Under the pieces are notes generated by a model. It had not been told where the DNA came from, did no database searches, and worked only from the letters and a program-made list of their open reading frames with translations. A stretch of 64,000 nt of DNA, from the sequence record MG752970.1. The stretch is one strand, 5' to 3'. Positions 18,798-29,492 of the stretch are shown here, piece by piece. Position 1 is the stretch's first letter. Each line of letters begins with the position of its first letter. A program made the translations under genes and the position numbers.

Positions 18798-19939
18798 AGT
18801 TCGATTTCGTTTAGTGATGATTCGTCAATGTCATTTTTGATTGCCGCGACCTTATAATCGGTAATCTCAAGCTCTTGAGGAGCAACTTGCACCTTTTCAG
18901 ATTCCAGCCAACGAGATAACCAACCAAATGGATTGTGATTATTGGAATAGACTCCCTTCAATCCAACAGCCTTCATTCTCTTATTCGCAATGTATTCAAC
19001 GTACTGATGCAGAAGATTTTCATTTAGACCGATAATAGATCCATCCTTGAAGAGATATGAAGCCCATTCCTTTTCCTGTTGGACAACCTTATCAAAGATC
19101 GCATACAGTTCCTGTTCACATTCAACAGCGATCTGGGTCATCTCTGGATCATCGTTCTTCTTCTGCCAATTGCGCAATATATTGGTCGTGATACCGAGGT
19201 GCTGGGCCTCATCTCGTGCAATCAGCTTAATGATAGAGGCGTTGCCAACCATCTTACCTAGCTGACCGAATGCAAACGAGCAAACGAATGATACGTAAAA
19301 ACGAATAGCCTCTAGTGCAGAAACCGCAGCCATACACAAATACAGCTTCTTCTTAAGCTCACGCTTGTTAATATCAAACACTCTAACATCAGCTGAACCG
19401 GAACTCTTAACTTCATGATAACCTGGACCAAGCAGCAAATATGCACGGCCATACTCAATTAGGTCATCGTAATATTTCGTAACCTCATGTGCACGTTCGC
19501 GGATTTTTTGATCCACTAGAAGATCGTCAAGGGCGGCAGTCACATTTGGAAAAACATTCTGCATCAGATACTGATAGCTGCGCGCGTGGATTGCTTCGAA
19601 ATAAGACCACGTTACAACACAGCTTTCAAGTTCTGGTAATGACAGAAGCGGTAGGAACGCAATCAATGGAGAACGCTCTTGTACAGAATCTAGAAGAATT
19701 TGATATGAGATATTCTTCGTAAAAATATGACGCTCATGATCCTGTAATTGAGCAAAGTCTTCTTTGTCTTTTTGAAGATTAATCTCTTCGGGATTCCAGA
19801 AGAATTCATTTTGTTGCTTAGTTAACTTGTCAAAGATGGGATATTTTTGTTGATCGTATCTGACTGGACCAAGGTCTTCGCCAAGGAACATGGGTTGAAC
19901 AGACAGATCAACCTGATTGGTATTGAAAATTGTAGTCAT
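18794..19939 (-). CDS. nrdB: Ribonucleotide reductase class Ia beta subunit
   Basis: FWNPEE, LDSVQ, EAIH..SY, EAIRFY, RDEAQH, VAPQE. Confidence 0.97.
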   Translation of the reverse strand: MTTIFNTNQVDLSVQPMFLGEDLGPVRYDQQKYPIFDKLTKQQNEFFWNPEEINLQKDKEDFAQLQDHERHIFTKNISYQILLDSVQERSPLIAFLPLLSLPELESCVVTWSYFEAIHARSYQYLMQNVFPNVTAALDDLLVDQKIRERAHEVTKYYDDLIEYGRAYLLLGPGYHEVKSSGSADVRVFDINKRELKKKLYLCMAAVSALEAIRFYVSFVCSFAFGQLGKMVGNASIIKLIARDEAQHLGITTNILRNWQKKNDDPEMTQIAVECEQELYAIFDKVVQQEKEWASYLFKDGSIIGLNENLLHQYVEYIANKRMKAVGLKGVYSNNHNPFGWLSRWLESEKVQVAPQELEITDYKVAAIKNDIDESSLNEIEL

Positions 19940-20039
19940 CGTGCTTCGTGTGTTGTGATGTACTGTTATTTACATGGCCCGATAATTACGAAATGCGTCC
20001 CCATAAGCAAAAATCCAGCCTTTCGGCTGGATTTAAGGT

Positions 20040-22370
20040 TTAAATCTTGCATGCACCATCTGCGCATCCACCATCTCCATCATCTCCGGTTTCTGCTTCA
20101 TCTGATTGTTCTTCCTTTTTACCACCTTCACCGTTATCACCCATCACATTCTGATAATACAGTGTTTTGATTCCGTATTTTACAGTGAGAAGGAAATGCT
20201 TCAATAGAGTGTCCATTGAAATTTTGCCTTCAGGAAAGTGTTCTGGGTTGTAAGATGTATTAGTGCTTATAGATTGGCATACAAACTTTTGCCAAACCGC
20301 CATGCACTTAATGTATCCTTCGAAATGAGTAGGAGTCATGTCCCACAGCATGTCGTATTGATTCTTCAGCTTTCCAATTTCTGGAACAACCTGCTTGAAT
20401 GAGATTTTCTTGTTACCTTTATCAGCAACAAGTGCGCGTACAGGCTCAACACCGGATGTCGCATTTGAAACAACAGAGCTACTTTCAGATGGCATCAAAG
20501 CTAGAAGTGTTGAATTATAAACACCATACTTCTTAACTTCCTCACGTAAAGATTCCCAATCATATCGCAGGTTATTTGCCGTAATTTCATCCACCGCCTG
20601 CTTATACGTGTCGATAATGAGAGTTCCATCCGCATATTTAGTATGCTCAAGACCAGCAATAGCACCATTATCCTTGGCTAACTGCACAGTTGACTTCAAG
20701 GCAAAGTATGCCATTGCTTCAGCGAACTGATGCGTTAGATCCCATGCACCTTGATCATTGTAGCTAAAACCATTCTTCGCTAAGAAATACGCGTAGTTGA
20801 TTACACCAATTCCAAGCGGACGGAATAAATGAGTTGCCTCGCGTGCCTGCTTAACTGGATAATCCTGATAATCTAGGATTTCATTGAGGCCACGAACAAG
20901 CAGATTCATTCTGACTTCAATATCGTCAGGATGACGGCATGTTCCTAGATTAACTGCAGCTAGAGTACAAAGCTGAACCCATCCGTTTTGCTGCACGGTT
21001 CCTTCATACTCATTAATGATGTTTTCAATAGGAGCGGTTGGCAACGTGATTTCCGCGCACAAGTTGCTCATGTAAATTGGCTTCTTGAACGTTGAATGCG
21101 TATTAACGTGGTCTGCCATGAACGTATAGATGCGTGCTGTCTCTTGACGTTCAGTAAGAAGGAACAGCAATAGCTCACGAGCATTCACCACCTTCTTCAT
21201 TTTGATTGAAGAATCCTTTTCGTACTTTTCATACAGAGTTTCGAACTTGGTACGATCAGAATCAAAGAATGCATCATACAGATCAGGCACTTCATGTGGT
21301 GAGAACAGCGTCATATCCTTCTTTTGAACAGCGCGCTTCACCAAATAGGTATCCATTTGAATACCGTAATCCATCAGTCGAACTCGGTTATCCGCAGTGC
21401 CCTTATTGTTCTTCAATGGAAGAATAGATTCAATTTCAAAGTGCCAGAATGGAACGTATATAGTAGCAGATGCATCACGAATACCACCTTGTGAGACGCA
21501 TTTCAAGTCACCCTGCAACTTACGGAAATATGGAACAACACCAGTTGAAACCACTTCACCATTGCGAATCTTTGAACCGACTGCACGAAGTCTACCACCA
21601 TTAACACCAAGTCCTGCACGTTTTGCACCATATCTGGTGATTGCATTACCTGCAGCAGTGATGGACTCAAGAGAGTCACCCATATCAACTAGAACACACG
21701 ATGAGAATTGTTTAATTAGCGTACGCACACCTGCCATGATTGGAGTTGGCAGTGAAATATCAAACTTTGATAATGCATCGTAAAATTCCTTAACGTACTT
21801 CAGACGTGTGTTTGAATTGTACTTCTTATCGTAATTCTTGAACAATACAGCAGCGATAAGCATAAATGCATACTGCGGAGTTTCATAAACTGTTTTAGTT
21901 GAACGATCTTGAACTAAATACTTATCCTTCAGCTGTTTTACTGAGGCGATCGTCAACTTATCATCGCGCTTATGATTGATGAACGAGTTCAATAGATCCC
22001 ATTCGGATTCGGTGTAATAGCTTTCAAGTTGGGGATCATACAACCCCAATTCAACATTCTTACGAACCAGATCTAGTAGATGGATTGGGTTGTACCCTCC
22101 TAGAACCTTCTTACGAAGTTGGAATAGAGCTAGACGTGCAGCAACATACTGATAATTTGGTGTATCTTCGCTGATAAGATCTTCAGCGGCAGCAATAAGA
22201 ATATCGTGAATTGTTTCTGTTGGAATCAGATCATAAAACTGAATGTTAGCAGCCATCTCAATATCTGATACTGAAACACCAGTGATCCCTTCACAGGCCC
22301 ATTCCAACACTTTGTGAATCTTTTCTACTTCATGCGGCTCAGTTGCGCCGCCTCTCTTTAAAACACGCAT
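20040..22370 (-). CDS. nrdA: Ribonucleotide reductase class Ia alpha subunit
   Basis: ATP cone, QFSSC, SNLCAEI, LCTL, C-terminal CxxxxC; uninterrupted. Confidence 0.97.
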   Translation of the reverse strand: MRVLKRGGATEPHEVEKIHKVLEWACEGITGVSVSDIEMAANIQFYDLIPTETIHDILIAAAEDLISEDTPNYQYVAARLALFQLRKKVLGGYNPIHLLDLVRKNVELGLYDPQLESYYTESEWDLLNSFINHKRDDKLTIASVKQLKDKYLVQDRSTKTVYETPQYAFMLIAAVLFKNYDKKYNSNTRLKYVKEFYDALSKFDISLPTPIMAGVRTLIKQFSSCVLVDMGDSLESITAAGNAITRYGAKRAGLGVNGGRLRAVGSKIRNGEVVSTGVVPYFRKLQGDLKCVSQGGIRDASATIYVPFWHFEIESILPLKNNKGTADNRVRLMDYGIQMDTYLVKRAVQKKDMTLFSPHEVPDLYDAFFDSDRTKFETLYEKYEKDSSIKMKKVVNARELLLFLLTERQETARIYTFMADHVNTHSTFKKPIYMSNLCAEITLPTAPIENIINEYEGTVQQNGWVQLCTLAAVNLGTCRHPDDIEVRMNLLVRGLNEILDYQDYPVKQAREATHLFRPLGIGVINYAYFLAKNGFSYNDQGAWDLTHQFAEAMAYFALKSTVQLAKDNGAIAGLEHTKYADGTLIIDTYKQAVDEITANNLRYDWESLREEVKKYGVYNSTLLALMPSESSSVVSNATSGVEPVRALVADKGNKKISFKQVVPEIGKLKNQYDMLWDMTPTHFEGYIKCMAVWQKFVCQSISTNTSYNPEHFPEGKISMDTLLKHFLLTVKYGIKTLYYQNVMGDNGEGGKKEEQSDEAETGDDGDGGCADGACKI

Positions 22371-22411
22371 TAAAAATTATCCCTTGTTTTCTTTTCTTTG
22401 TAATGCAAATG

Positions 22412-22448
22412 AAAAATGGCCCAGACGTATTATATATGGGCCATTTTT
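22412..22448. terminator. Rho-independent terminator
   Basis: aaaaatggccca / tgggccattttt inverted repeat after endolysin. Confidence 0.75.
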
Positions 22449-22460
22449 ATCTTGGGTACA

Positions 22461-23042
22461 TCAAGACTTTGGTTGAGCTGCTAGCCAGGTCCTGAGTTTA
22501 TTGATGCGATCAAGCCACCCGGCTAGGAATCGCGCTTGTGATGGATTGTTTGTGACAATGTTTCTGAAAAACATTTCACGAATATCCAGATATTTTGAAG
22601 CAACTGCATATTGATCTGAATTTGCTAAAGCTTTAGCAGACGCTGGACCAAAAACACCATCATCGGCAATTCCTAGAGCGCGCTGAAGGAAAACTACGGC
22701 CCTAGTAGGGCCACTATTAACTGCTGCATCAAAAACGATGGCACTCAATGGGCTGTTGCACTTTGATGCGACGGTTGGAAGCCAATACTTGTTATAGTAA
22801 ATGCCTCTGGCCATTGGTAACGTGAGTGACTTGATGTCTACGCCACGATTTGCATTCGATGCAATACCAAATTTGGTCTCTCCGCCAGGATCAGCTGGAT
22901 CATTTACATATCCGCACTTCTTTTTCTGTAGAGGCGTGAGAATTCTGCCAGCAATAACGTCCGGATCATTGGGGTCATACCATGGTCCAACCTCGAATCT
23001 TAACGTCAAATCGAGTATGGAATCAAATGTAGGATCCATCAT
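22461..23042 (-). CDS. Endolysin, glycoside hydrolase family 108 with peptidoglycan-binding domain
   Basis: GYVNDPADPGGETKFGI, FDAAVNSG, LQRALG...DDGVFGP, FLAGWLDR. Confidence 0.9.
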   Translation of the reverse strand: MMDPTFDSILDLTLRFEVGPWYDPNDPDVIAGRILTPLQKKKCGYVNDPADPGGETKFGIASNANRGVDIKSLTLPMARGIYYNKYWLPTVASKCNSPLSAIVFDAAVNSGPTRAVVFLQRALGIADDGVFGPASAKALANSDQYAVASKYLDIREMFFRNIVTNNPSQARFLAGWLDRINKLRTWLAAQPKS

Positions 23043-23096
23043 AACTTATCTCCTAAAGAATGGAATATTTATTAGTTCCAAATCTAGGAGATAAAG

Positions 23097-23360
23097 CTAT
23101 TGATATATTAGATCCAAAAGAACATCACCATGGCACAGCTGAGGACTACAGAAACAGACGAGATCTTTTCCTTTTAATTCGTCCAATCTGCTCAGAAGTT
23201 TTTCATTCTGAAGAATCCATTCGTAGTATTTTTGAACTACTTCAGCCCTTGTTCCATCTTTACCAATAACAAAAGGATTTCCCCAAGACGAACCACGTCC
23301 AATGTAGACAGCATCTTGGGTAATATTATCCTTATGCTTATTGAGAATCCTACCTATCAT
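23097..23360 (-). CDS. DUF4326-like protein
   Basis: VYIGRGSSWGNPF, LKGKDLVCFC...CHGDVL. Confidence 0.85.
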   Translation of the reverse strand: MIGRILNKHKDNITQDAVYIGRGSSWGNPFVIGKDGTRAEVVQKYYEWILQNEKLLSRLDELKGKDLVCFCSPQLCHGDVLLDLIYQ

Positions 23361-23815
23361 TACTTCAATGAAGGACCTGCGTATCTAACATAGAAACTGT
23401 GCGTAAACGGCGTATCTACACCAGTATCAATCTGTTCAAATGTTTTAGGATCAACTTTATACCGGCCACCAGATTTCATTACAGAGGCATAGTAATATGC
23501 TACTGCCAACAAACCATTTTGTTTGGCATACTTAAATTCTTCTAAAAATTGAGCGTAAAAATCGTCAATAGTATCCGGAGTATTAAGCCGCCTTGATACG
23601 GCCATCAAAGGAATGCCAGGATCTAAACCATCTATTTCCCATAATCTAACAGGACCTTCCATATCAGGGAGAACTAATACGCCAGCATCTTCAGCCGCTC
23701 GTTTAAATGCTTTAGGAATTTCATTTAACATAACTTGCACATCCTCGGGCAGATGTGCATCTGTCGGGCTATAGGAAAATGCTTCCCTCTTTTGCCACTT
23801 TTCGTATTCTGTCAT
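23360..23815 (-). CDS. Hypothetical protein
   Basis: Coupled ORF. Confidence 0.55.
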   Translation of the reverse strand: MTEYEKWQKREAFSYSPTDAHLPEDVQVMLNEIPKAFKRAAEDAGVLVLPDMEGPVRLWEIDGLDPGIPLMAVSRRLNTPDTIDDFYAQFLEEFKYAKQNGLLAVAYYYASVMKSGGRYKVDPKTFEQIDTGVDTPFTHSFYVRYAGPSLK

Positions 23816-23818
23816 ATC

Positions 23819-24085
23819 TTACAAAGATTTAAGTTCATTGAGACTGTACCACATTGAAACATAGATACCAGTTGTATCTTCATTTCCTACCCATTCAGTA
23901 TGCTCATTGTCCATGCCATACCAAACTAAAAATTTGGCACGCTCGGGTTCGTAATATAGCCCATTGCCTGGAGTCTCAATCCCGATTAAAATGCCCGTGC
24001 CATGTGGAGTTTTAACCTGTCCCCACATTTGCAAACTAGCTACCTTATTCATTAACTCGGTACGCTTTAGTTTTTCTACACTCAT
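23819..24085 (-). CDS. Hypothetical protein
   Basis: ORF with AGGAG RBS. Confidence 0.6.
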   Translation of the reverse strand: MSVEKLKRTELMNKVASLQMWGQVKTPHGTGILIGIETPGNGLYYEPERAKFLVWYGMDNEHTEWVGNEDTTGIYVSMWYSLNELKSL

Positions 24086-24094
24086 TACATCTCC

Positions 24095-24619
24095 TTATGC
24101 GTACAGAATATCACCAACAACCGCGCCCGACAACCATTTTGCATAGAGATCATGTGGACCAATCATAACGCTGAGAACATTTTCAGGCTCATCAAAGCGA
24201 ACCTTTGGCGCAAGACCAACCGGGTGACACATCATGGTAGATTTTGGCACAACCGGATGCACACATGAATCTTCCTTAATGACATCCACAATCTTGATTG
24301 ATGCACTACGGAATTTAACATCCTTCGACGACATTAAAAATGCCTGGAACGTATTGCGTGTGCAGTTGATAAGAGGCATACAATCAATGCCCGCCGTTTC
24401 ACGATCGCAAATCAGAATATTCCATGAAGCAGGAACCTTAATGCGACTGCCTTCAATTTCTAGAACCAACGTAGGACCCGTGGTTTCTTCTAACTGAATT
24501 AGAGGAGATGGCTTAAAATCCATCAGAGGACCGGAGAATAACCAAAAATAATCAGCAACGATTGGGTCATCGAGAGATTCTAGAATAATTGGCTTCTCGA
24601 AGTCAGTGTAAATTAGCAT
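24095..24619 (-). CDS. Hypothetical beta-rich protein
   Basis: ORF in operon. Confidence 0.6.
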   Translation of the reverse strand: MLIYTDFEKPIILESLDDPIVADYFWLFSGPLMDFKPSPLIQLEETTGPTLVLEIEGSRIKVPASWNILICDRETAGIDCMPLINCTRNTFQAFLMSSKDVKFRSASIKIVDVIKEDSCVHPVVPKSTMMCHPVGLAPKVRFDEPENVLSVMIGPHDLYAKWLSGAVVGDILYA

Positions 24620-24639
24620 GTTGTTGTAATAGTGAGATG

Positions 24640-24927
24640 TTACTGCTGAGTAAAAACCCGGCCGATGGAATTACCATGCCTACGCTTAAGAGCGTCAAGC
24701 TGGTCTGTTGTAATTGTAATATCAAGCTGATCTATTGGTACACCCGAAATAACGGTTATCAGTATGTCAATATACTGCGCCGTCGTCAGTGGAACGCTTG
24801 CATTGGAATCAAATTTATGATAGGTATGACCAACCAATTCGTATTTGCCATCAGCGGTCTTCACCATTCTCGGCATTGGTGATGTGTCATAATGCCAGCC
24901 TTGATTCTTTTCTGTATTAGCCTTCAT
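24640..24927 (-). CDS. Hypothetical protein
   Basis: ORF in operon. Confidence 0.5.
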   Translation of the reverse strand: MKANTEKNQGWHYDTSPMPRMVKTADGKYELVGHTYHKFDSNASVPLTTAQYIDILITVISGVPIDQLDITITTDQLDALKRRHGNSIGRVFTQQ

Positions 24928-25204
24928 ATTCGTATTCCTTTAGAAATTCTTCTAGCATATTGACAACCGTTCTTAAATTTTTCATAGGAACATTTCTCAC
25001 ATCTATGAGAAACATCCGACGTCCCGTCGTCACATCTGGAAGTGGTGGAGAGAATGTCATAGTCCATCTACTTGCTGGAAGATTATAATCATCTATCTGA
25101 ACATCATGAACCGTAAACATTCCGTCCTTGTTAATACTTAAGCTTAACTGGTTTGTCATTATATGGATACCCTGCTTCTTTGTAGTAAGATTTACGTTCA
25201 CCAA
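24917..25204 (-). CDS. Hypothetical protein
   Basis: ORF in operon; true start probably the internal Met. Confidence 0.5.
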   Translation of the reverse strand: MVNVNLTTKKQGIHIMTNQLSLSINKDGMFTVHDVQIDDYNLPASRWTMTFSPPLPDVTTGRRMFLIDVRNVPMKNLRTVVNMLEEFLKEYEYEG

Positions 25205-26531
25205 GATGCTTCTTACTGTACTTCAAATTACTACTGATGTCAACCACGTGTACCTCGTTTTTGTCATGCGCTTTACGAAGGCCACGACCCACGGCTTGAA
25301 TCGATTTAGTAAAAGATTTACCACCATCAATCATAACCAAACAAAAAACTCTGCTGATGTCAATACCTGTTGATGCAATACCAAATGATGCAAAAACTAG
25401 AGCATCATTGGTACATTCGAATGATTCATAGTTGGTCTTTCGTACATCCTTTTCAGTTTCACCACTCATAAAGGACGCGTTATCAAACAGCTTAACAAGA
25501 CGCTTACCCAACTGAACAGAATTTACAAGAACCAGAGTGTTGCCATATTCACGCCGCTTTCTTTCAATTAGATCACAAATAACTTCCATTCGATCTTCAC
25601 TGCGTGAAATGAATGCCTTCTCGGATGAATAATCTGGAAAGTCTTCCATTCCCTTGCCTTCCTTGTCTTGAGTTTGAACCAACTCAATCTCAATCTTAGC
25701 AAGATAACCATTTGCAATCAGCCACTTGGCTGGATATTCACGTAAGATCTGGCCTATCGATGTCTTGAGTAAAAGTTGATCTGCTGGAGGCTTCGGAAAG
25801 GTCCCAGTTACACCGAATCGCCATGGTATATGGTTACCATAGTCATTGATCAGCTTTCTTATAACCTCACCTTTCACACCGTGCGACTCATCGATAATGA
25901 ACATCCCAAACTTAGACATTGCATCGGGATAATTCTGAAGAGACTGCCATGTGGCAACGACAGATGCATGGTTTAAATCCTTAGAAGAACCAGAGTATGT
26001 TCCGGTATCCAATCCTGCTGCTACGAAAGTATTAGCAGTCTGATCAACCAAATCTGATGAAGGAACTATAACCACGGATTGGTAACCCATCTTGTTGAAC
26101 TGATGACAGGTTGCAGCGCAAATTTGGGTCTTACCTGCACCAGTTCCCGCAATAATGAATCCCTGACCTGCTTCGATCATGGCATTCACGCAGTCTAACT
26201 GATAAGGACGCAGTGGTTTACCCTGAACGAGTTCCAACCCGTCAGGAGCAAAATCTGGACGTTGATGTGGTTTACGGTGATCGGTTAGATCAGGGACATA
26301 GCCCCACCCAATTAAGAATGGAACTATTTCATTTAGAAGAGCGTTGAATGTCTTTCCGTTTTTATCGTAGAATCTAGTACGACCATCCCATCTTCCAAGT
26401 TGGAAGGCGGGCATGTACCGATAACCTTCTACATATGGGGCAAAGTGGTCCCACAGAAATTTGACGTGCTCATCTTTGAGTCCGACGAGGCGGCAATACA
26501 CCTCATCTAAAATTTCAATCTTGCACTGCAA
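25131..26531 (-). CDS. uvsW: SF2 DNA helicase, UvsW-like (TTG start)
   Basis: LRPYQ, GTGAGKT, IIDESH, TGT, STGID, QAVGRGLR. Confidence 0.9.
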   Translation of the reverse strand: MQCKIEILDEVYCRLVGLKDEHVKFLWDHFAPYVEGYRYMPAFQLGRWDGRTRFYDKNGKTFNALLNEIVPFLIGWGYVPDLTDHRKPHQRPDFAPDGLELVQGKPLRPYQLDCVNAMIEAGQGFIIAGTGAGKTQICAATCHQFNKMGYQSVVIVPSSDLVDQTANTFVAAGLDTGTYSGSSKDLNHASVVATWQSLQNYPDAMSKFGMFIIDESHGVKGEVIRKLINDYGNHIPWRFGVTGTFPKPPADQLLLKTSIGQILREYPAKWLIANGYLAKIEIELVQTQDKEGKGMEDFPDYSSEKAFISRSEDRMEVICDLIERKRREYGNTLVLVNSVQLGKRLVKLFDNASFMSGETEKDVRKTNYESFECTNDALVFASFGIASTGIDISRVFCLVMIDGGKSFTKSIQAVGRGLRKAHDKNEVHVVDISSNLKYSKKHLGERKSYYKEAGYPYNDKPVKLKY

Positions 26532-26604
26532 TTTTTATTCTTCTTCTATCTTGTTCTTATTATGGGTACTGCTTTACTACGGTACTACCACAACTCAAAC
26601 TTGG

Positions 26605-26955
26605 TTAAAGGTCCGGGCGCACCATTCCATGATCATCGATGACAACTCGAATTTTATTCGACACTGGGATCCAACCACCAATGGTGGAATAGGTTACGCC
26701 ATTGTATTCGTATTGAATTTCAAAGCCACGTCGGACTTGATATCCATTCGGCTTGATTTCATAAGACGCTCTGCACGTATAACCGGGAATTCGATATCGT
26801 GTTACATTTGGTGCTTCGTTGGTATCACAAACCATGTTTACATCCGGTTGTGATACCATATGAGGTTTTACATTGATAATCTTTGCATAATCAAAGGTTT
26901 CTGCATGCGCAGCAAATGCAAGCATCGAAACCAGCAAAGCTGAAATTTTCTTCAT
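26605..26955 (-). CDS. Secreted/periplasmic protein with signal peptide
   Basis: MKKISALLVSMLAFAAHA signal; AGGAG RBS; two Cys. Confidence 0.7.
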   Translation of the reverse strand: MKKISALLVSMLAFAAHAETFDYAKIINVKPHMVSQPDVNMVCDTNEAPNVTRYRIPGYTCRASYEIKPNGYQVRRGFEIQYEYNGVTYSTIGGWIPVSNKIRVVIDDHGMVRPDL

Positions 26956-26986
26956 GATCTTCTCCTAGTTACAATTATACGATTCG

Positions 26987-27015
26987 ATTATATCACAAAT
27001 CTACGTCAAAGTACA
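26987..27015 (-). promoter_or_regulatory. Sigma70-like promoter TGTACT-17-TATAAT
   Basis: Perfect -10, 17-nt spacer, upstream of 26955 start. Confidence 0.6.
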
Positions 27016-27029
27016 TAGGAGATTTCATG

Positions 27030-27488
27030 TTACAAAATCGTATCTTCTAAATCTGCTACACGTATTTTTACGATGTGACTTAAGTTCCAACCCAAGTCCT
27101 TTAGAGCTTCAACGACGGCTTCGGCCTGTCGACGGACGCGTTGAACTTCGAATAGCAGTGTCTTGTGATCCATATACGTTTGATCACTCTGCACGTACAT
27201 TTTTAGATCACTTGTGGACAGTTTGAGTCCATTCTTTTCGTTGTAAAACTTATATGCAATAGATTCTGCTTCACTCGTTTTCATTTCCATGAGATTCTCT
27301 ATTACCTTGAGCTCACCTAGGAGTGAATCGTAAACATACAAGTCTTGTGCATGTTTCTTGCACATGTCTTCCAGCTTTTCACCTTCTAGTTGGAAGCAAG
27401 CCTTGGCTTCTCCAATCTTCTTGTCATAGTCATCAAGAATATTGATCAGATTGCCAAGGTTGTTTGAAAGATTGACGACATTAATCAT
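27030..27488 (-). CDS. uvsY: Recombination mediator, UvsY-like
   Basis: Helical ~150 aa, LSTSDLKMYVQSD, LKDLGWNL..IVKIR; in the UvsX/UvsW cluster. Confidence 0.65.
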   Translation of the reverse strand: MINVVNLSNNLGNLINILDDYDKKIGEAKACFQLEGEKLEDMCKKHAQDLYVYDSLLGELKVIENLMEMKTSEAESIAYKFYNEKNGLKLSTSDLKMYVQSDQTYMDHKTLLFEVQRVRRQAEAVVEALKDLGWNLSHIVKIRVADLEDTIL

Positions 27489-28338
27489 AGATATTACGTT
27501 TGATTACCTTGTTGCAGGTGGTTAGTGCTGTCCAGTAATCACCAGTAGAATGCTCGATAAGTGAGACGCCTGTCTCACCAACTCCAACATTCATATATGA
27601 TGCCATGAAGCTTCCTGTATCCGTGAAGATGTGATTACCAATCATATTTACCTTCCCATTCTTCTGAATGGTGTGACCCACATAAGTATTGGTAAGGTAT
27701 GGTGAGCAAATGCTGTAGATTTCTTCTTCCGTTCTATGTCTTGCGAAATTGTAGAGCTCACGACCCCAAAGAACGCTTTCTTCATATATTTGGAATGTAT
27801 CCGCATCTGCATAACCTGCATCCAGAAATTCATCACTATAGACACTTGGATCCCACGCATATGAGAGCTCTGCGTGCAGAACATTAAAGCGCTGAGGAGT
27901 ATCTTTACCAACCACTATTACATATGGCAGCTCTGAAAGTTTTTCAGCCAAATGTTGATTAAGATTCGGATCTGACTGATCATCCGCGATCCAAGTTCCA
28001 CCATTCGCCATCCAAGTTCCAAAATCTGTTGAGAAAGAAGAACCTTTGAATTTTCCAGGAAGAAAAGCATCCACCATCATACGCTCATGATTGCCCATGA
28101 CGCAATGAAACCAATCTGTCTCAAAAATGAGTTCAATACACGACCATGAATTCTTACCACGATCGATAAGGTCACCAACAGAAATAATTCTGTCAGTAGT
28201 ATGATCGAATTTTACAGCATCTAATAGCTGCATGAATTCATCATGACATCCGTGCAGATCCGACAATATAAAATCTCGACCTTTAGTATTCAGGTCTAAG
28301 TGTTTTACTCTTAGTGAAATTAGATCATTAGCAGCCAT
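27481..28338 (-). CDS. Ser/Thr protein phosphatase-like metallophosphoesterase
   Basis: SDLHG, GDLIDRG, GNHE, GHT motifs. Confidence 0.9.
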   Translation of the reverse strand: MAANDLISLRVKHLDLNTKGRDFILSDLHGCHDEFMQLLDAVKFDHTTDRIISVGDLIDRGKNSWSCIELIFETDWFHCVMGNHERMMVDAFLPGKFKGSSFSTDFGTWMANGGTWIADDQSDPNLNQHLAEKLSELPYVIVVGKDTPQRFNVLHAELSYAWDPSVYSDEFLDAGYADADTFQIYEESVLWGRELYNFARHRTEEEIYSICSPYLTNTYVGHTIQKNGKVNMIGNHIFTDTGSFMASYMNVGVGETGVSLIEHSTGDYWTALTTCNKVIKRNIYD

Positions 28339-28370
28339 AGTTATAAAGGGTGACTTCCGCCACCCTCTCC

Positions 28371-29429
28371 TTATTCAGTTTCAGTTTCGCTTTCTTCAGG
28401 AGTAGATTGTACACCTTCAAAAAGATCTTGATCTTGTTTGATCTTTGGATGCTGCATTATCTTCTCAAAGATTTCGTCATCAAGATTAGCTTCACGGAAT
28501 TTAATGCGTTCTTGTCCAGGGACTTCACATACCCATGAGTAACCTTCTTTGACTAGCACACCTTCTGCCTCCAGCATATCGCACAATCCACCGAACTTAT
28601 TCATTCCCTTATTGAAAGGAACTTCAATTTCGATCTTTGAACCGAGCTTCGCAAATCGTGATTTGAAAGCTTCAACTCTCATGCGAATACCAACAACTTC
28701 TGAATCTTCCTTAAGCTTCAACTTGGTAATTAGTGCGATCTGAGATGCCGAATAACGAACGGCTCCGTTAACGATCCACAGACCTTCACCATTTAGAAGA
28801 TCAGAGTTAGCATACACTTGGTGAGTACCGACGAATGTAATATTCGTTGATTTGGTACGAGAAACCATTGTGCGCAGGAAGTGTTTCATCTGCTTTGCAC
28901 GCTGACCTTGATCACCCTTTTGAACGCCCTTGTCGAAGTGTTCATTTTCGGTATCAGTGATCAACATGTCCAATGAGTCTAGAGCTATTAGAACTCTAGG
29001 TGCTGCCGGATTATAACGTCCATAATCCTTAATGTATGCCTTAATGAACTCAGCGCATACTTCAACAACATCGGAAATTTTTGTTACTGCGATTGGGATG
29101 AATCTGTTTTCAGAAATATCAACGCCAATACGCTTGAGATAATCGAAATCAAGTGCGTTTTCTGAATCCATCGCCAAGATGGTACAACCATCTTCCTGCG
29201 CATTCTTCATGATGTTGCCCAACAAGAATGACTTACCAGCACCTGATGGACCCGCCAGAATAGTGACACGACTTTGCGGTACACCCTTCTTGTAATGTCC
29301 TGATAGGATTTTGTTTAATGCATAGTTACCGGTGTGATACCAGTGCGAAGGAGGACTGAAATCCATCGAGACATCTTCCATCTTCTCGACTTTCTTTCTG
29401 AAATCCTTTAGAAATGACAAATCTGCCAT
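28371..29429 (-). CDS. uvsX: RecA-like recombinase
   Basis: TGNYALN, GPSGAGKS, LDSL, YSASQI. Confidence 0.92.
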   Translation of the reverse strand: MADLSFLKDFRKKVEKMEDVSMDFSPPSHWYHTGNYALNKILSGHYKKGVPQSRVTILAGPSGAGKSFLLGNIMKNAQEDGCTILAMDSENALDFDYLKRIGVDISENRFIPIAVTKISDVVEVCAEFIKAYIKDYGRYNPAAPRVLIALDSLDMLITDTENEHFDKGVQKGDQGQRAKQMKHFLRTMVSRTKSTNITFVGTHQVYANSDLLNGEGLWIVNGAVRYSASQIALITKLKLKEDSEVVGIRMRVEAFKSRFAKLGSKIEIEVPFNKGMNKFGGLCDMLEAEGVLVKEGYSWVCEVPGQERIKFREANLDDEIFEKIMQHPKIKQDQDLFEGVQSTPEESETETE

Positions 29430-29453
29430 TGGCTATCTCCAATAGAGGTGAAA

Positions 29454-29477
29454 AAGGGTAGACCTAGGTCTACCCTT
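29454..29477. terminator. Terminator-like perfect palindrome
   Basis: aagggtagacctaggtctaccctt after gp32 stop. Confidence 0.7.
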
Positions 29478-29492
29478 GGTACTGCTTGCTTC

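Noticed and set aside
18794-22370. Introns, inteins or homing endonucleases in nrdA/nrdB
   Set aside because: Both ORFs are continuous and of normal length
24095-24619. Possible Hint/intein-like fold
   Set aside because: No N-terminal Cys/Ser or C-terminal His-Asn; resemblance too vague
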